From assembly GCA_022180565.1 (NCBI GenBank), contig BQML01000002.1, positions 273,824-337,823 on the forward strand: 64,000 nucleotides of DNA, written 5' to 3'. The DNA comes from Bacteroidia bacterium (GTDB lineage: Bacteria > Bacteroidota > Ignavibacteria > UBA10030). The notes below the pieces were generated by a model. That model was not told the DNA's origin, searched no databases, and saw nothing but the letters and a program-made list of their open reading frames with translations. The first letter of the stretch is position 1. The number at the start of each line of letters is the position of its first letter. A program made the position numbers and the translations under genes. Shown piece after piece: positions 11,612-21,726 of this stretch.

Positions 11612-12079
11612 ATGAAACCGGTGTATAATGCTCTTATCGTTCTGCTTTTTCCCTGTCTTGCCTTGGCTCAGGGCGGAACAGTGTATGGAAAAGGGTTGAC
11701 TCTCCGGGAGACTGTTTCGGTTTCGGAGATTCTGCGGTCGCCTGAGATGTATAAGGGAAAACGGGTGGTTGTGAAGGGGGAAATCTCGGATGTGTGCCAG
11801 AAGAAGGGATGCTGGATCAAAGTTAAGGATCCCGAAGGGACGGGGGAATTACAGGTTAAAGTGGAGGACGACGTCATAGTGTTTCCGAAAGACGCAAAGG
11901 GAAAACGGGTGAAGGCGGAGGGGATGATCACAGTCACGGTTCTGAGCGAAGAGGAGAGAAGGGAGAGGGCAAAGCATGAAGCGGAAGAACAGGGTACCTT
12001 GAAGGAATTTGATTCTTCCAAGATCAAGGGTTCGGCGATAACCGTGCGGATGGAAGGAGAGGGGGCGGTGGTGGAGTAG
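11612..12079 (+). CDS. secreted DUF4920-family protein
   Basis: Signal peptide, conserved …VKGEISDVCQKKGCWIKVKD… core typical of DUF4920; 155 aa. Confidence 0.6.
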   Translation: MKPVYNALIVLLFPCLALAQGGTVYGKGLTLRETVSVSEILRSPEMYKGKRVVVKGEISDVCQKKGCWIKVKDPEGTGELQVKVEDDVIVFPKDAKGKRVKAEGMITVTVLSEEERRERAKHEAEEQGTLKEFDSSKIKGSAITVRMEGEGAVVE

Positions 12080-12174
12080 AGGGCGGTTTGGAACTTTTCT
12101 CTTGCCTGTTACGTTAAACTTCATAGATCGGCCGGTCTGGCAAGAGGCCGGTCGATTCATGACAGCCTCCCTGA

Positions 12175-12209
12175 CCCCGGCGTACCAATGTGCGCCGGGG
12201 CTTTTTTTC
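12175..12209 (+). terminator. Rho-independent terminator (CCCCGGCG / CGCCGGGG stem followed by CTTTTTTTC)
   Basis: Perfect 8-bp GC stem, 10-nt loop, 7-T run downstream of the DUF4920 gene. Confidence 0.65.
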
Positions 12210-12275
12210 TTTCCTTGATTCCCCGGCCTGTAAATCCTAGATTGAGCTTGCCACAAAATCCTGACGTTCACGTAA

Positions 12276-12338
12276 GGAACGGAGTACTTCACTTGAGGAG
12301 CGGAGTACTTCACTTGAGGAGCGGAGTACTTCACTTGC
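12276..12338. repeat. 3 x 21-bp direct tandem repeat (GGA[A/G]CGGAGTACTTCACTTG[A/C]) in the 5' region of the DapA-family gene
   Basis: Read directly from the sequence; units at 12276-12296, 12297-12317 and 12318-12338. Confidence 0.8.
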
Positions 12339-12399
12339 GGTCGCCACGGCATCGGTGACGGATTGGCTGTTGTACGACACGCATGATACTCAACGATAC

Positions 12400-13314
12400 A
12401 TGGAGACAGGCAAGGCCGTGAAGAAAGGTCCGAACTTAACAGGAATTTTTCCTCCGCTCATTACGCCGTTTACGGCGGATGGAGAGATCGATCGTGAGGC
12501 TTACCGGGCGAACCTCAGGCGCTGGAAGACCCAGCCAATGGGCGGTTGGCTTGTGGCCGGTTCCAACAGCGAGGCGGTGTTTCTTTCGTACGAAGAGAAG
12601 CTCCAACTCATTGAGCTTGCGGCAGAGGAGGCGGGTGATCGGATCATCATTGCAGGTACGTCACAGGAATCTGCCCGGGAGACCATCCGGTTCGCCAACG
12701 ATGCTGCGCGCGCCGGGGCTCGGGCGGTTCTAGTCTTGACTCCGTTTTACTACAAGGATCAGATGACGGGGGAGGCGCTCGTGGCGTTTTTTGCCGAGGT
12801 TGCGGAAGAATCGACGATTCCCATTCTGATCTACAATGTTCCCAAGTTCACAGGCCTGAACGTGGAACTGGGAGTGCTTGAAAGGTTAAGCAGGCACCCG
12901 AATATCATCGGCATGAAAGACAGCAAGGGGGACACCGAACAGTTGCAGCGGTTCAGGAACGCGCTTGATCCCTCATTTCAGATTCTTGCAGGGACTGCGT
13001 CTGTGTGGTTCCCTGCTCTGGAAATGGGAATCACGGGCGGGTTCCTCGCCCTCGCGAACTGTTGTGCCGATGAGTGTGCGCAGGTACAGACTTTCTGGGA
13101 TCAGGGCAGGCCCCAAGAGGCGCTGGCGCTTCACCAGAAACTTCTTCCGGTCAATCATGCCGTGACGGTCGCCTATGGAGTTCCGGGGTTGAAATACGCG
13201 TGCGGTTTGAGGGGTCTTGAGCCGGGTCATACCCGAAGTCCGCTTCAACCGCTGGGAGAATCACAAAAAGGGGAGATTCGGGAGATCATGCGGCGGGCCG
13301 GTTTGATCTCCTAA
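12400..13314 (+). CDS. dapA: dihydrodipicolinate synthase family (DapA/NAL class I aldolase) protein
   Basis: …GIFPPLITPF…, TPFYY and the Schiff-base Lys region IIGMKDSKG; ATG at 12400 preferred, with GTG at 12355 as an alternative start. Confidence 0.85.
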   Translation: METGKAVKKGPNLTGIFPPLITPFTADGEIDREAYRANLRRWKTQPMGGWLVAGSNSEAVFLSYEEKLQLIELAAEEAGDRIIIAGTSQESARETIRFANDAARAGARAVLVLTPFYYKDQMTGEALVAFFAEVAEESTIPILIYNVPKFTGLNVELGVLERLSRHPNIIGMKDSKGDTEQLQRFRNALDPSFQILAGTASVWFPALEMGITGGFLALANCCADECAQVQTFWDQGRPQEALALHQKLLPVNHAVTVAYGVPGLKYACGLRGLEPGHTRSPLQPLGESQKGEIREIMRRAGLIS

Positions 13315-13360
13315 CACGCGGTCCGTTTCACTGATTGTGGTTTGAACCTGTTTCAGCAAA

Positions 13361-13396
13361 AACGAAAAACCCCCGGTTGGTTTGCCGGGGGTTTTT
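13361..13396. terminator. bidirectional intrinsic terminator (A-run, CCCCCGG/CCGGGGG stem, T-run) between the convergent dapA-family and clpC genes
   Basis: AAAAACCCCCGG ttggtttg CCGGGGGTTTTT, read directly. Confidence 0.65.
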
Positions 13397-13417
13397 GGAT
13401 GATCTTAGGGGTCGCTT

Positions 13418-15919
13418 TCAGGTCAGATCGGCCACTTCTTCGTCCTGCTCTTTCAATTCATCTCCGCCCTTGTCCTTGCTTGAATCGACGAAGCGCAATT
13501 CTTCGGTCTTCTTGTTGAATTTTACTTTGACCTTGCTGCCGCTTCCGAAATTGCCCTTGAGAATTTCCTCAGCCAGGGGATCTTCGACATACTTCTGAAC
13601 CGCCCGCCGGAGGGGCCGGGCGCCGAAGGCAGGATCGAATCCTTTGTCCGCCAGAAATTCCTTTGCGGCCTTGGTGATTTCGATCGTGATGCCCATTGAA
13701 CCCATACGTGCAACAAGGTCGCGCGAGGCTATGTCGATGATCTTGAGGATATCTTCGCGTTCGAGACTGTGGAACACGATGGTTTCATCGACCCGGTTCA
13801 AGAATTCCGGATTGAACACCCGCTTCAGGGCGTCCTCGATGTTGTCCTTCATGGACTGATACCGGTCCTTTGCCGAGGCGTTGCCGAACCCGAAGGTGCC
13901 GGCGGACTTGATGTCCCGTGACCCGATGTTGGAGGTCATGATCAGGATCGTATTTTTGAAATCCACTCGTCGGCCCAGGCTGTCGGTGAGAACGCCGTCG
14001 TCGAGCACCTGCAGGAGGATGTTGAAGACGTCCGGGTGGGCTTTTTCGATTTCGTCCAGCAGCACGACGGAATAGGGTTTTCTTCGCACCTTTTCCGTCA
14101 ATTGTCCGCCTTCTTCGTAGCCGACATAGCCCGGAGGAGCGCCTACGAGTCTGGAGACGGAGAACTTCTCCATGTATTCGCTCATATCGATCCGAATGAG
14201 GGCTTCTTCGGAATCGAAGAGGTACCGCGCCAGGGTTTTTGCCAGCTCGGTCTTCCCGACGCCGGTGGGGCCGAGGAAAATGAACGACCCGATGGGGCGT
14301 TTGGGGTCCTTGAGGCCGGCCCGTGTCCGCCGGATGGCTTTGGTCAATTTTTCGATTGCCTCATCCTGTCCGACGATGCTTGCTTTGAGGGCATCGGACA
14401 TCTTGAGCAGTTTTTCGGATTCGCTCTGGGCGACTTTTTGCACGGGGATACCCGTCATCATCGCCACGACGGCAGCGCAATCCTCCTCCGAAACCTCATA
14501 GACAGTGTCCTGCGCCTTGAGCTCCCATTCGCGTTTGGCGATTTCGAGGTCGCTCAACAGCTTTTTCTCCAGGTCCCTCAACCGTGCCGCCTCTTCGAAG
14601 TTCTGGTTCTTGACAACCTGATTCTTGGAGAGCTTGATTTTTTCGATTTCTTCCTCGAGCTGAAGGATTTCCTTGGGAACCACGATGTTCGCAAGGTGCA
14701 CCCTCGAACCCGCTTCGTCGAGCACGTCAATCGCCTTGTCCGGCAGGTAACGGTCGGTGATATACCGGTCGCTCAGACGAACCGCTGCGTCGATGGCCGC
14801 CTCCGTGTACCGCACGCCGTGGTGCTCTTCGTAATTCTGTTTGATGTTCTGCAGGATCTTGATCGTTTCGTCTACGCTCGTCGGATCCACCATGATCTTC
14901 TGGAACCTGCGATCCAACGCGCCGTCTTTTTCGATGTACTGGCGGTATTCGTCGAGCGTCGTTGCACCGATGCACTGCAGGTCGCCGCGGGCAAGCGCGG
15001 GCTTGAACATGTTTGAAGCATCCAGCGATCCGCTTGCGCCGCCGGCGCCCACGATCGTATGCAGTTCGTCGATGAAGAGGATCACGTCCTTGGCTTTTTC
15101 GAGCTCGTTCATCACGGCTTTCATACGCTCTTCAAACTGGCCGCGGTATTTGGTGCCGGCCACGAGGGCGGCGAGATCCAGCGTGACCACTCGTTTGTCG
15201 TGGAGGACGCGGGAGACTTTTTTCTGCGTGATCCGCAGAGCCAGACCTTCGGCAATCGCTGATTTGCCCACGCCGGGCTCGCCGATCAGAACAGGATTGT
15301 TCTTCTTGCGCCGGCTTAGAACCTGGGCCACGCGCTCGATCTCTTTTTCCCTTCCCACGATTGGATCGAGTTTACCTTCCATAGCGAGCTTGGTCAAGTC
15401 GCGCCCGAAGTTGTCCAGCACCGGGGTCTTGGACTTCTCGGCCTTCTTTTCCGGGGTATGCTGGGACGGGGGAGTGGACGGTTTGCCGGAAATGATGTTG
15501 TCCAGCTCGTTCCGTACCACGTCATAATGAACGTTGAACTGATGGAGGATCTGCGCGGCAATGTTGTCGTCGTCGCGCAAGAGGGAGAGCAGGAGGTGCT
15601 CTGTGCCGATGACGTCGGACTTGTAGAGCTTCGCCTCCAAGTACGTGATCTTTAGCACCTTCTCAGCCTGTTTCGTAAGCGGAATGTTCCCTATGGTCAG
15701 GGTTCCGCCGGAGGTCCGAACGGTGTCCTCGATCGCCTTTTTCAGCTTATAGAGATCGACCCCAAGGTTGCGCAGGATCTTAACAGCGATCCCTTCGCCT
15801 TCGCGTATGATTCCTAAAAGAAGGTGTTCTGTGCCGATGTAATCGTGCCCCAGCCGGAGCGCCTCTTCCCGGCTGAGCCGTATAACATCCTGAACACGGT
15901 TTGAAAAGTTGCCTTCCAT
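13418..15919 (-). CDS. clpC: ATP-dependent Clp protease ATP-binding subunit ClpC (class III stress-response AAA+ chaperone)
   Basis: Two Clp_N repeats, two AAA+ modules (GEPGVGKS and GPTGVGKT Walker A), UVR-like linker; start at MEGNFSN (ORF N-terminal extension rejected). Confidence 0.95.
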   Translation of the reverse strand: MEGNFSNRVQDVIRLSREEALRLGHDYIGTEHLLLGIIREGEGIAVKILRNLGVDLYKLKKAIEDTVRTSGGTLTIGNIPLTKQAEKVLKITYLEAKLYKSDVIGTEHLLLSLLRDDDNIAAQILHQFNVHYDVVRNELDNIISGKPSTPPSQHTPEKKAEKSKTPVLDNFGRDLTKLAMEGKLDPIVGREKEIERVAQVLSRRKKNNPVLIGEPGVGKSAIAEGLALRITQKKVSRVLHDKRVVTLDLAALVAGTKYRGQFEERMKAVMNELEKAKDVILFIDELHTIVGAGGASGSLDASNMFKPALARGDLQCIGATTLDEYRQYIEKDGALDRRFQKIMVDPTSVDETIKILQNIKQNYEEHHGVRYTEAAIDAAVRLSDRYITDRYLPDKAIDVLDEAGSRVHLANIVVPKEILQLEEEIEKIKLSKNQVVKNQNFEEAARLRDLEKKLLSDLEIAKREWELKAQDTVYEVSEEDCAAVVAMMTGIPVQKVAQSESEKLLKMSDALKASIVGQDEAIEKLTKAIRRTRAGLKDPKRPIGSFIFLGPTGVGKTELAKTLARYLFDSEEALIRIDMSEYMEKFSVSRLVGAPPGYVGYEEGGQLTEKVRRKPYSVVLLDEIEKAHPDVFNILLQVLDDGVLTDSLGRRVDFKNTILIMTSNIGSRDIKSAGTFGFGNASAKDRYQSMKDNIEDALKRVFNPEFLNRVDETIVFHSLEREDILKIIDIASRDLVARMGSMGITIEITKAAKEFLADKGFDPAFGARPLRRAVQKYVEDPLAEEILKGNFGSGSKVKVKFNKKTEELRFVDSSKDKGGDELKEQDEEVADLT

Positions 15920-16208
15920 AGACCTCTCGTCCGTTGTTGGCGGGTTGGCTCGCCCGAGCACTCTTGAACGATCGTGGCGGGCCGGGAACTGAACGATCCC
16001 ATCAATACAACCACCACTCTTCCCGCAAAGTTTCTTACGCAATATAACACAATTCAAAGGGCCAGTCAAGAAAATGGCCTTCCGCAGCCGAAGCAAGCGT
16101 GTTCTGTGTCAAGGAGAAAGCAGAATCGGTTAAGACTCTTCTTTGACATTCAAGCCAAAAAAGGTTAAATTCTGCATTACGCCGAAAGAAAAAGTTGGGA
16201 GAATTGCT

Positions 16209-17042
16209 TTGCCGCTTGAAAAAGCCACGGGGCACGACAAGAAACTTCAAGATCGACTGATCGAGGGCGGGGAGATCCCGCGCCATATTGCGATTATCAT
16301 GGATGGGAATGGCCGCTGGGCGAAACGGCGCGGCATGCCCAGAATCGCGGGGCACAAAGAGGGCGTCAATTCCGTCAGAGATATAGTGGAGGCATGCGCC
16401 CAGCTCGGTGTCAAATATCTGACGCTGTATGCCTTTTCCACGGAGAACTGGAATCGCCCTCAAGAGGAAGTGTCCTTGCTGATGCGTTTGCTCCTCAAGG
16501 CATTGCGGGACGAGCGGGACAGGCTCCATCAGAATGAAGTTCAGCTGAAGGCCATCGGCGACATTGCCAAATTGCCGCAGGACGTGCAGGACGAGCTTCT
16601 TGATGCAATCAAGATGATGGAGAAAAACTCGGGTCTGACGCTGGTTTTGGCCCTGAGTTACAGCGGACGGTGGGATATCACGAATGGTGTACGTCGGATG
16701 GTGGACGACATCAAGTCCGGTGTGGTTCGGAAAGAAGACATCACGGAGCAATTGATTGGGAATTATCTTTCGACGCGGGGCTTGCCCGACCCCGATTTGC
16801 TCATCAGGACCAGCGGGGAGCTGCGCATCAGCAACTTCTTGCTCTGGCAGGTGGCGTATGCAGAGCTGGTCATCTCTGACGAATACTGGCCTGCGTTCAG
16901 GCGTAAGAATCTCTACGCTGCCATCGGGGAGTTTCAGAAGCGGGAGCGCCGGTTCGGCCTGGTCAGCGAACAGCTCTCAAAAACGAATCTGGGACGGCTG
17001 GAATACGTGGAAAGGTTTCTGAAAAGTGTCGCGAAACTGTAG
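16209..17042 (+). CDS. uppS: isoprenyl transferase (undecaprenyl-diphosphate synthase)
   Basis: HIAIIMDGNGRWA, …LTLYAFSTENWNRP…, RTSGELRISNFLLWQ motifs; TTG start at 16209 with a GGGAGA Shine-Dalgarno preferred (ORF track start is TTG at 16143). Confidence 0.88.
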   Translation: MPLEKATGHDKKLQDRLIEGGEIPRHIAIIMDGNGRWAKRRGMPRIAGHKEGVNSVRDIVEACAQLGVKYLTLYAFSTENWNRPQEEVSLLMRLLLKALRDERDRLHQNEVQLKAIGDIAKLPQDVQDELLDAIKMMEKNSGLTLVLALSYSGRWDITNGVRRMVDDIKSGVVRKEDITEQLIGNYLSTRGLPDPDLLIRTSGELRISNFLLWQVAYAELVISDEYWPAFRRKNLYAAIGEFQKRERRFGLVSEQLSKTNLGRLEYVERFLKSVAKL

Positions 17043-19410
17043 GGTTGTGCTGGCAGTCTTATTCTTCCTCCTTCCCCCCTTTTCCCTCGCTCAACAGCAA
17101 CCGGAGGTGTTCAAGATCCTAGGGATTTCCGTCGAGGGGCAGACCTCGGCAGAACCGCGCGCGATCATCGCCAACACGGGCCTGAAGGTGGGGGATGAAA
17201 TCAACGTCCCCGGGGAGGAAACGCGGACGGCAATCAACCGCCTCTACCAGCTTCGCCTCTTCTCGGACATTCAAATCCTCATTGAGAATCGCGTCCAGAA
17301 CGGCGTTTATCTCGTCATCCGCGTCAAGGAGAATCCCCGCCTGAATACCATCGTCGTCACGGGCAACGATGAGCTCAGCGAAGACGATATTCTCAAGAAG
17401 ATCAATCTGACCAGAGGGCAGCTGGTCAGTGCTTCGGACCTGTCGGCGATCAAGCGCACGCTCAAGGCGGCCTACGATGCGGAGGGGCACCTCAATGCAT
17501 CGATCGAAACGTCGCTCGTGCCCTCGGAAGACACGACCGTAAGCCGTATGGACCTCCACGTCAAGATCGACGAGGGTTCGGTGGTGAAGGTGCGATCCAT
17601 TCACTTCTTCGGCAACAAGGATTTTGACGACGACGATCTCGAAGGGGAACTGAAGGAAACGAATGACCCCGCGTGGTGGCAGTTCTGGGTGAGCAGGAAG
17701 TTCAAGAAGAAGGGCTATGAGGATGACAAGAAGCTTCTCATCGACTTCTATCGAAAGAACGGGTATCGCGATGCGGAGATCCTTGCCGATTCGCTGATCT
17801 ACGAAGAGAATCGCGAATATTTGACCGTCAACATCTATCTCTACGAAGGTCCGCAATACAGGATCCGGAACGTCGTGTGGCAGGGCAACACGGTGTACCC
17901 GTCGGAATTCCTCACCCAGCGCCTGGGATTCCGTCCCGGTGACGTTTACAATCGTGAGAAGTTTGAACGAAACCTCTACCGGAACGAGGAGGAGAGCGAC
18001 GTCGCGTCCCTCTATTACGATGCAGGGTATCTGTTATTCCAGGCGGAGCCGGACGAGGTCATGGTGGCGAAGGATAGTTTGGATTTGATTATCAAGGTAC
18101 GGGAGCGGGAGAAATTCCGCATTGGACGTGTTCTGATCACAGGGAACACCAAGACCTATGAGAAGGTGATCCGGCGTGAGTTGTACACCCGCCCGGGGGA
18201 TTATTTCAGCCGTCAGGCGATCATCAGCAGTATCCGTCAGCTCTCCCAGCTGAACTACTTCAATCCGGAAACGATCAAACCCGAGACGCACATTCATGTT
18301 GAGAACAACACGGTGGACATAGAGTACTCGATGGAGGAGAAATCGAGCGACACGTTCAACATGTCCGTCGGGTACAGCGGTGCCTTCGGGTTCAACGGGG
18401 GACTTGGTCTGACATTCAACAACTTCTCGCTCTCCGAGCCGTTGCGGGGAGGTGCCGGGCAGGTTCTGAATTTCGAGTGGCAGTTCGGTGAGGGGAACCG
18501 GTACCGTACCTTCACGATCGGGTTTACCGAGCCCTGGATGTTCGACACGCCGACTCTGCTCGGTGTGACCCTGTTTGACACGCGGGTGATTTACTTCGAT
18601 TATGATTACCGAATCACGGGTGCCTCACTGCGTGTGGGGCGTCGTCTGAGCTGGCCGGACAATCTGTTTCGCGGGGACTGGACGGTGAGGTACCAGCGGA
18701 ATGAGGTCAATGAGGGAGGTGGATTCTATTCCGCAGGAGTCAGCAATCAGGTCGGTATCACCCAAATCATTTCCCGGAACAGCACCGACAGCCCGATTTT
18801 TCCTTCACGGGGTTCGAGCCTTTCGTTGATGACGGAGATTTCGGGCGGACCTTTTCTTCCCGGAACGGCACGTTTCCACAAACATGTGTTCAACGCGGAT
18901 TGGTACATCCCGATCGCGAACAGCACACGCATCGCGCTCGCTCTCTCTACGACTTACGGATTTATCTTCGGTTTTGACAAAGACTCGTTCATTCCCATTC
19001 AGGACTATTTCTACATGGGCGGCACGGGTCTCGGGCAGTTTTCCACGACGCCTCTGCGGGGGTACGATGATCGGAGCGTGGGGCCGCGTGTACCGACCAG
19101 CATCAGTTCACGGGGCGGCATCATCGGGGGAAAAGGGCTCATCAAGCATTCCGCTGAGCTTCGCTTTGCGCTCGCCCTGAATCCGATTCCTATCTACACC
19201 CTTCTTTTTGCCGAGGCCGGAAATGTCTGGGCTGAACCCCGAATCATGGATCCGACGGAGCTCAAACGTTCCGCGGGCTTGGGCGTGCGGCTCCTGATCA
19301 ATCCGATTGGACTGATCGGCTTTGACTACGGCTATGGATTTGACGGTTTGGCCCCCGGTGAAGGTCCTTCGGGTTGGCGATTTCACTTCCAATTCGGACG
19401 AAGCTTCTGA
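17026..19410 (+). CDS. bamA: outer membrane protein assembly factor BamA (Omp85)
   Basis: Signal peptide, multiple POTRA-like repeats, C-terminal beta-barrel ending ...FHFQFGRSF; 794 aa; upstream of skp-skp-lpxD. Confidence 0.9.
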   Translation: MSRNCRVVLAVLFFLLPPFSLAQQQPEVFKILGISVEGQTSAEPRAIIANTGLKVGDEINVPGEETRTAINRLYQLRLFSDIQILIENRVQNGVYLVIRVKENPRLNTIVVTGNDELSEDDILKKINLTRGQLVSASDLSAIKRTLKAAYDAEGHLNASIETSLVPSEDTTVSRMDLHVKIDEGSVVKVRSIHFFGNKDFDDDDLEGELKETNDPAWWQFWVSRKFKKKGYEDDKKLLIDFYRKNGYRDAEILADSLIYEENREYLTVNIYLYEGPQYRIRNVVWQGNTVYPSEFLTQRLGFRPGDVYNREKFERNLYRNEEESDVASLYYDAGYLLFQAEPDEVMVAKDSLDLIIKVREREKFRIGRVLITGNTKTYEKVIRRELYTRPGDYFSRQAIISSIRQLSQLNYFNPETIKPETHIHVENNTVDIEYSMEEKSSDTFNMSVGYSGAFGFNGGLGLTFNNFSLSEPLRGGAGQVLNFEWQFGEGNRYRTFTIGFTEPWMFDTPTLLGVTLFDTRVIYFDYDYRITGASLRVGRRLSWPDNLFRGDWTVRYQRNEVNEGGGFYSAGVSNQVGITQIISRNSTDSPIFPSRGSSLSLMTEISGGPFLPGTARFHKHVFNADWYIPIANSTRIALALSTTYGFIFGFDKDSFIPIQDYFYMGGTGLGQFSTTPLRGYDDRSVGPRVPTSISSRGGIIGGKGLIKHSAELRFALALNPIPIYTLLFAEAGNVWAEPRIMDPTELKRSAGLGVRLLINPIGLIGFDYGYGFDGLAPGEGPSGWRFHFQFGRSF

Positions 19411-19546
19411 TTCCGGCCATCGGGAGTTGCAGGCGAGGAAACCAAGTGGTACTATAGAGCCGAGGAACGATCGTTCCCGCATGTTCGGCCGGCGCGATGA
19501 GAGAGTGTTGTTTCACCATTCAACCATATACCGAGGAAATATCGTG

Positions 19547-20083
19547 ATGAAGAATGTTGCCGTTTTGGCGGGTCTGCTTCTCTGCGTCTTGCCCGCGTCC
19601 GCCCAGAGCCCGCGACTTGCCTACGTGGATTCGGAAAAGATCCTGACCGACCTGCCTGAGGCCCAGCAAGTGCAAAAAGAGCTGGAGACGACTGTGAAGG
19701 GCTGGCAGGAAGAGCTCCAGCGCCTGTCCGACGAATTTCAAAAGGCGGTGGAGGAGTATCAGAAGAAGGAAGCCGTTCTTTCGGCGTCGGCTCGGGAAAC
19801 ACAGCAAAAGGCGCTGGCCGACATGCGCCAGAAGGCTCAGGATTACCAGATGAAGAAATTCGGCCAAGGGGGGGAAATGCAGGAGTTGAGGGAGAAACGT
19901 TTCTCGCCGATCCGTGAGAAGATCCTGAAGGCCATCGAAACGGTAGCCAAGGATGAGGGCTTCAACTTCGTCTTCGACCGGGCGAGCGATGTCGTTCTGC
20001 TCTATGCAGACACCAAGTTCGATCTGACCTACAAGGTCCTGGACGAGCTCAAGCGAGGTTCCGCCAGCGCCAAATCCAAGTAA
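19547..20083 (+). CDS. skp: OmpH/Skp periplasmic chaperone (copy 1)
   Basis: Signal peptide MKNVAVLAGLLLCVLPASAQ, coiled-coil body, conserved …FNFVFDRAS…VLLYAD… tail; GAGGAA Shine-Dalgarno 8 nt upstream. Confidence 0.85.
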   Translation: MKNVAVLAGLLLCVLPASAQSPRLAYVDSEKILTDLPEAQQVQKELETTVKGWQEELQRLSDEFQKAVEEYQKKEAVLSASARETQQKALADMRQKAQDYQMKKFGQGGEMQELREKRFSPIREKILKAIETVAKDEGFNFVFDRASDVVLLYADTKFDLTYKVLDELKRGSASAKSK

Positions 20084-20108
20084 GCCAAAGGGTTCAAAAG
20101 AGGGATTC

Positions 20109-20645
20109 ATGAAACTGACTGCGGCGATTGCGGGAGCGGTGATCCTGGCGGTTGGCACGGCCGCTGCACAGCAGAAGATCGGTCATGTCAACACCGAGGC
20201 CATCATGAGCAAGCTGCCGGATGCTGCTGATGCACAGAGGCAACTTGATGTGCTGGTGGAAGAGTGGCAGAGGGAACTCAACCGGATGCAGGATGAGTGG
20301 AAGCGCAAGTTCGAGGAGTATGATCAGAAGAAACTGATCATGACGGATGCCCGTCGAGCGGAGAGCGAAAAAGAGCTGAGGGATCTTGACCAGCGGATTG
20401 CAGAATACCGCAACCAGAAATTCGGTCAGAATGGGGAGCTATTCCAAAAGCAGAATGATCTCATGAAGCCGGTTCAGGACCGTGTGTTTAAGGCAATTCA
20501 GGACGTTGCGACGGAAGAAGGGTTCGACTATGTTCTTGATCAGAGTGGAGAGATTCTCATGATGTATGCGAACCCTGCCTACGACCTCACGCAGAAGGTT
20601 CTGGCCAGGCTTCAGGCGGAAACGTCGCTGCCGGAGAAAAATTGA
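20109..20645 (+). CDS. skp: OmpH/Skp periplasmic chaperone (copy 2)
   Basis: Paralog of the upstream gene; same architecture, …FDYVLDQSGEILMMYAN…. Confidence 0.85.
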   Translation: MKLTAAIAGAVILAVGTAAAQQKIGHVNTEAIMSKLPDAADAQRQLDVLVEEWQRELNRMQDEWKRKFEEYDQKKLIMTDARRAESEKELRDLDQRIAEYRNQKFGQNGELFQKQNDLMKPVQDRVFKAIQDVATEEGFDYVLDQSGEILMMYANPAYDLTQKVLARLQAETSLPEKN

Positions 20646-20658
20646 TCTCTGACCCCCG

Positions 20659-21705
20659 ATGACAGTCGCCGAGATTGCCGAATGGCTCAAGGGAGAACTG
20701 GTCGGTGACGGAACGCGGGAGATCACACGGGTCGCAAAGATCGAGGAAGCCGGAACTTCCGACCTGACCTTTCTGGCGAATCCCCGCTATCTTCCCTACG
20801 TGAAGCGCACCGGGGCGTCAGCGATTCTGGTTGCGCGTACGTTCGACATCGCTTCGGCCTCAGCCCCGTCCACCCTCGCCTTCATCAAAGTAGATGATCC
20901 GTATCTGGCGTTCCTTCACGTTCTGAAGCGCCTGACACCATCGATCGATCCTTTTGCCAGAGGGATTCACTCCACCGCCGTGATTTCACCAACGGCGACA
21001 CTGGGGGACCATGTTTCCATCGGGGCTTATGCGGTGATCGGAGATGGGGCACGGATCGGCGACAACACGCGCATCGCCGAGGCCTGCGTCATTGGATCCA
21101 TGGCGGAAATCGGGAGCGAGTGCACGCTGTATCCCCATGTGACGGTGTATCATCAGTGCAGACTTGGCAATCGGGTCACGATCCACGCGGGCACGGTGAT
21201 CGGCAGCGACGGATTCGGTTTTGCGCCGAAGATGGATGGCACCTATGAGAAGATCCCCCAACTCGGGATTGTGGTGATTGAAGACGACGTCGAGATCGGC
21301 TCCAATTGCTCCATCGACCGTGCCACGATCGGCGAGACACTCATCAAGAAAGGGGTGAAGCTCGACAACCTTGTTCAGGTTGCGCACAATGTGGTGATAG
21401 GGGAGAACACGGTGATCGCGGCCCAAACGGGTCTGAGCGGCAGTACCAAGATAGGAAAGAATGTTATGGTGGCGGGTCAGGTGGGGTTTGCCGGTCACCT
21501 GGAAGTAGCCGATCGGAGCGTCATTATGGCGCAGTCCGGCGTTCCCAGCTCCATTACGGAACCGGGAAAAACCTGGTTCGGCTATCCTGTGAGGGAGCGG
21601 GGGCGGGCATTCAGAATCGAAGCAGTCATTCGGTCTCTTCCGGAACTTGCGAGAGACCTCGCATCGCTCAAGCAGCGTCTGGAGGAGATCCTCAAAAAGC
21701 TTTGA
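20659..21705 (+). CDS. lpxD: UDP-3-O-(3-hydroxyacyl)glucosamine N-acyltransferase
   Basis: LpxD N-terminal domain plus hexapeptide left-handed beta-helix repeats; 348 aa. Confidence 0.95.
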   Translation: MTVAEIAEWLKGELVGDGTREITRVAKIEEAGTSDLTFLANPRYLPYVKRTGASAILVARTFDIASASAPSTLAFIKVDDPYLAFLHVLKRLTPSIDPFARGIHSTAVISPTATLGDHVSIGAYAVIGDGARIGDNTRIAEACVIGSMAEIGSECTLYPHVTVYHQCRLGNRVTIHAGTVIGSDGFGFAPKMDGTYEKIPQLGIVVIEDDVEIGSNCSIDRATIGETLIKKGVKLDNLVQVAHNVVIGENTVIAAQTGLSGSTKIGKNVMVAGQVGFAGHLEVADRSVIMAQSGVPSSITEPGKTWFGYPVRERGRAFRIEAVIRSLPELARDLASLKQRLEEILKKL

Positions 21706-21726
21706 ACATCGCACGCGGAACCATGC

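Noticed and set aside
12276-12338. Possible CRISPR array
   Set aside because: Only three contiguous 21-bp units with no spacers between them; this is a tandem repeat, not repeat-spacer architecture, and there are no cas genes
12080-12354. Lysine riboswitch (L-box) upstream of the DapA-family gene
   Set aside because: No recognisable L-box conserved helices or motifs; the region is explained by a terminator plus tandem repeats
14036-15016. 326-aa + strand ORF (also 14841-15527)
   Set aside because: Antisense to clpC
15920-16096. 59-codon N-terminal extension of the clpC ORF
   Set aside because: Clp_N domain begins at [12 protein letters not shown]; the extension has no homology
16035-16751. 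238-aa - strand ORF
   Set aside because: Antisense to uppS
17119-17856. 245-aa - strand ORF
   Set aside because: Antisense to bamA
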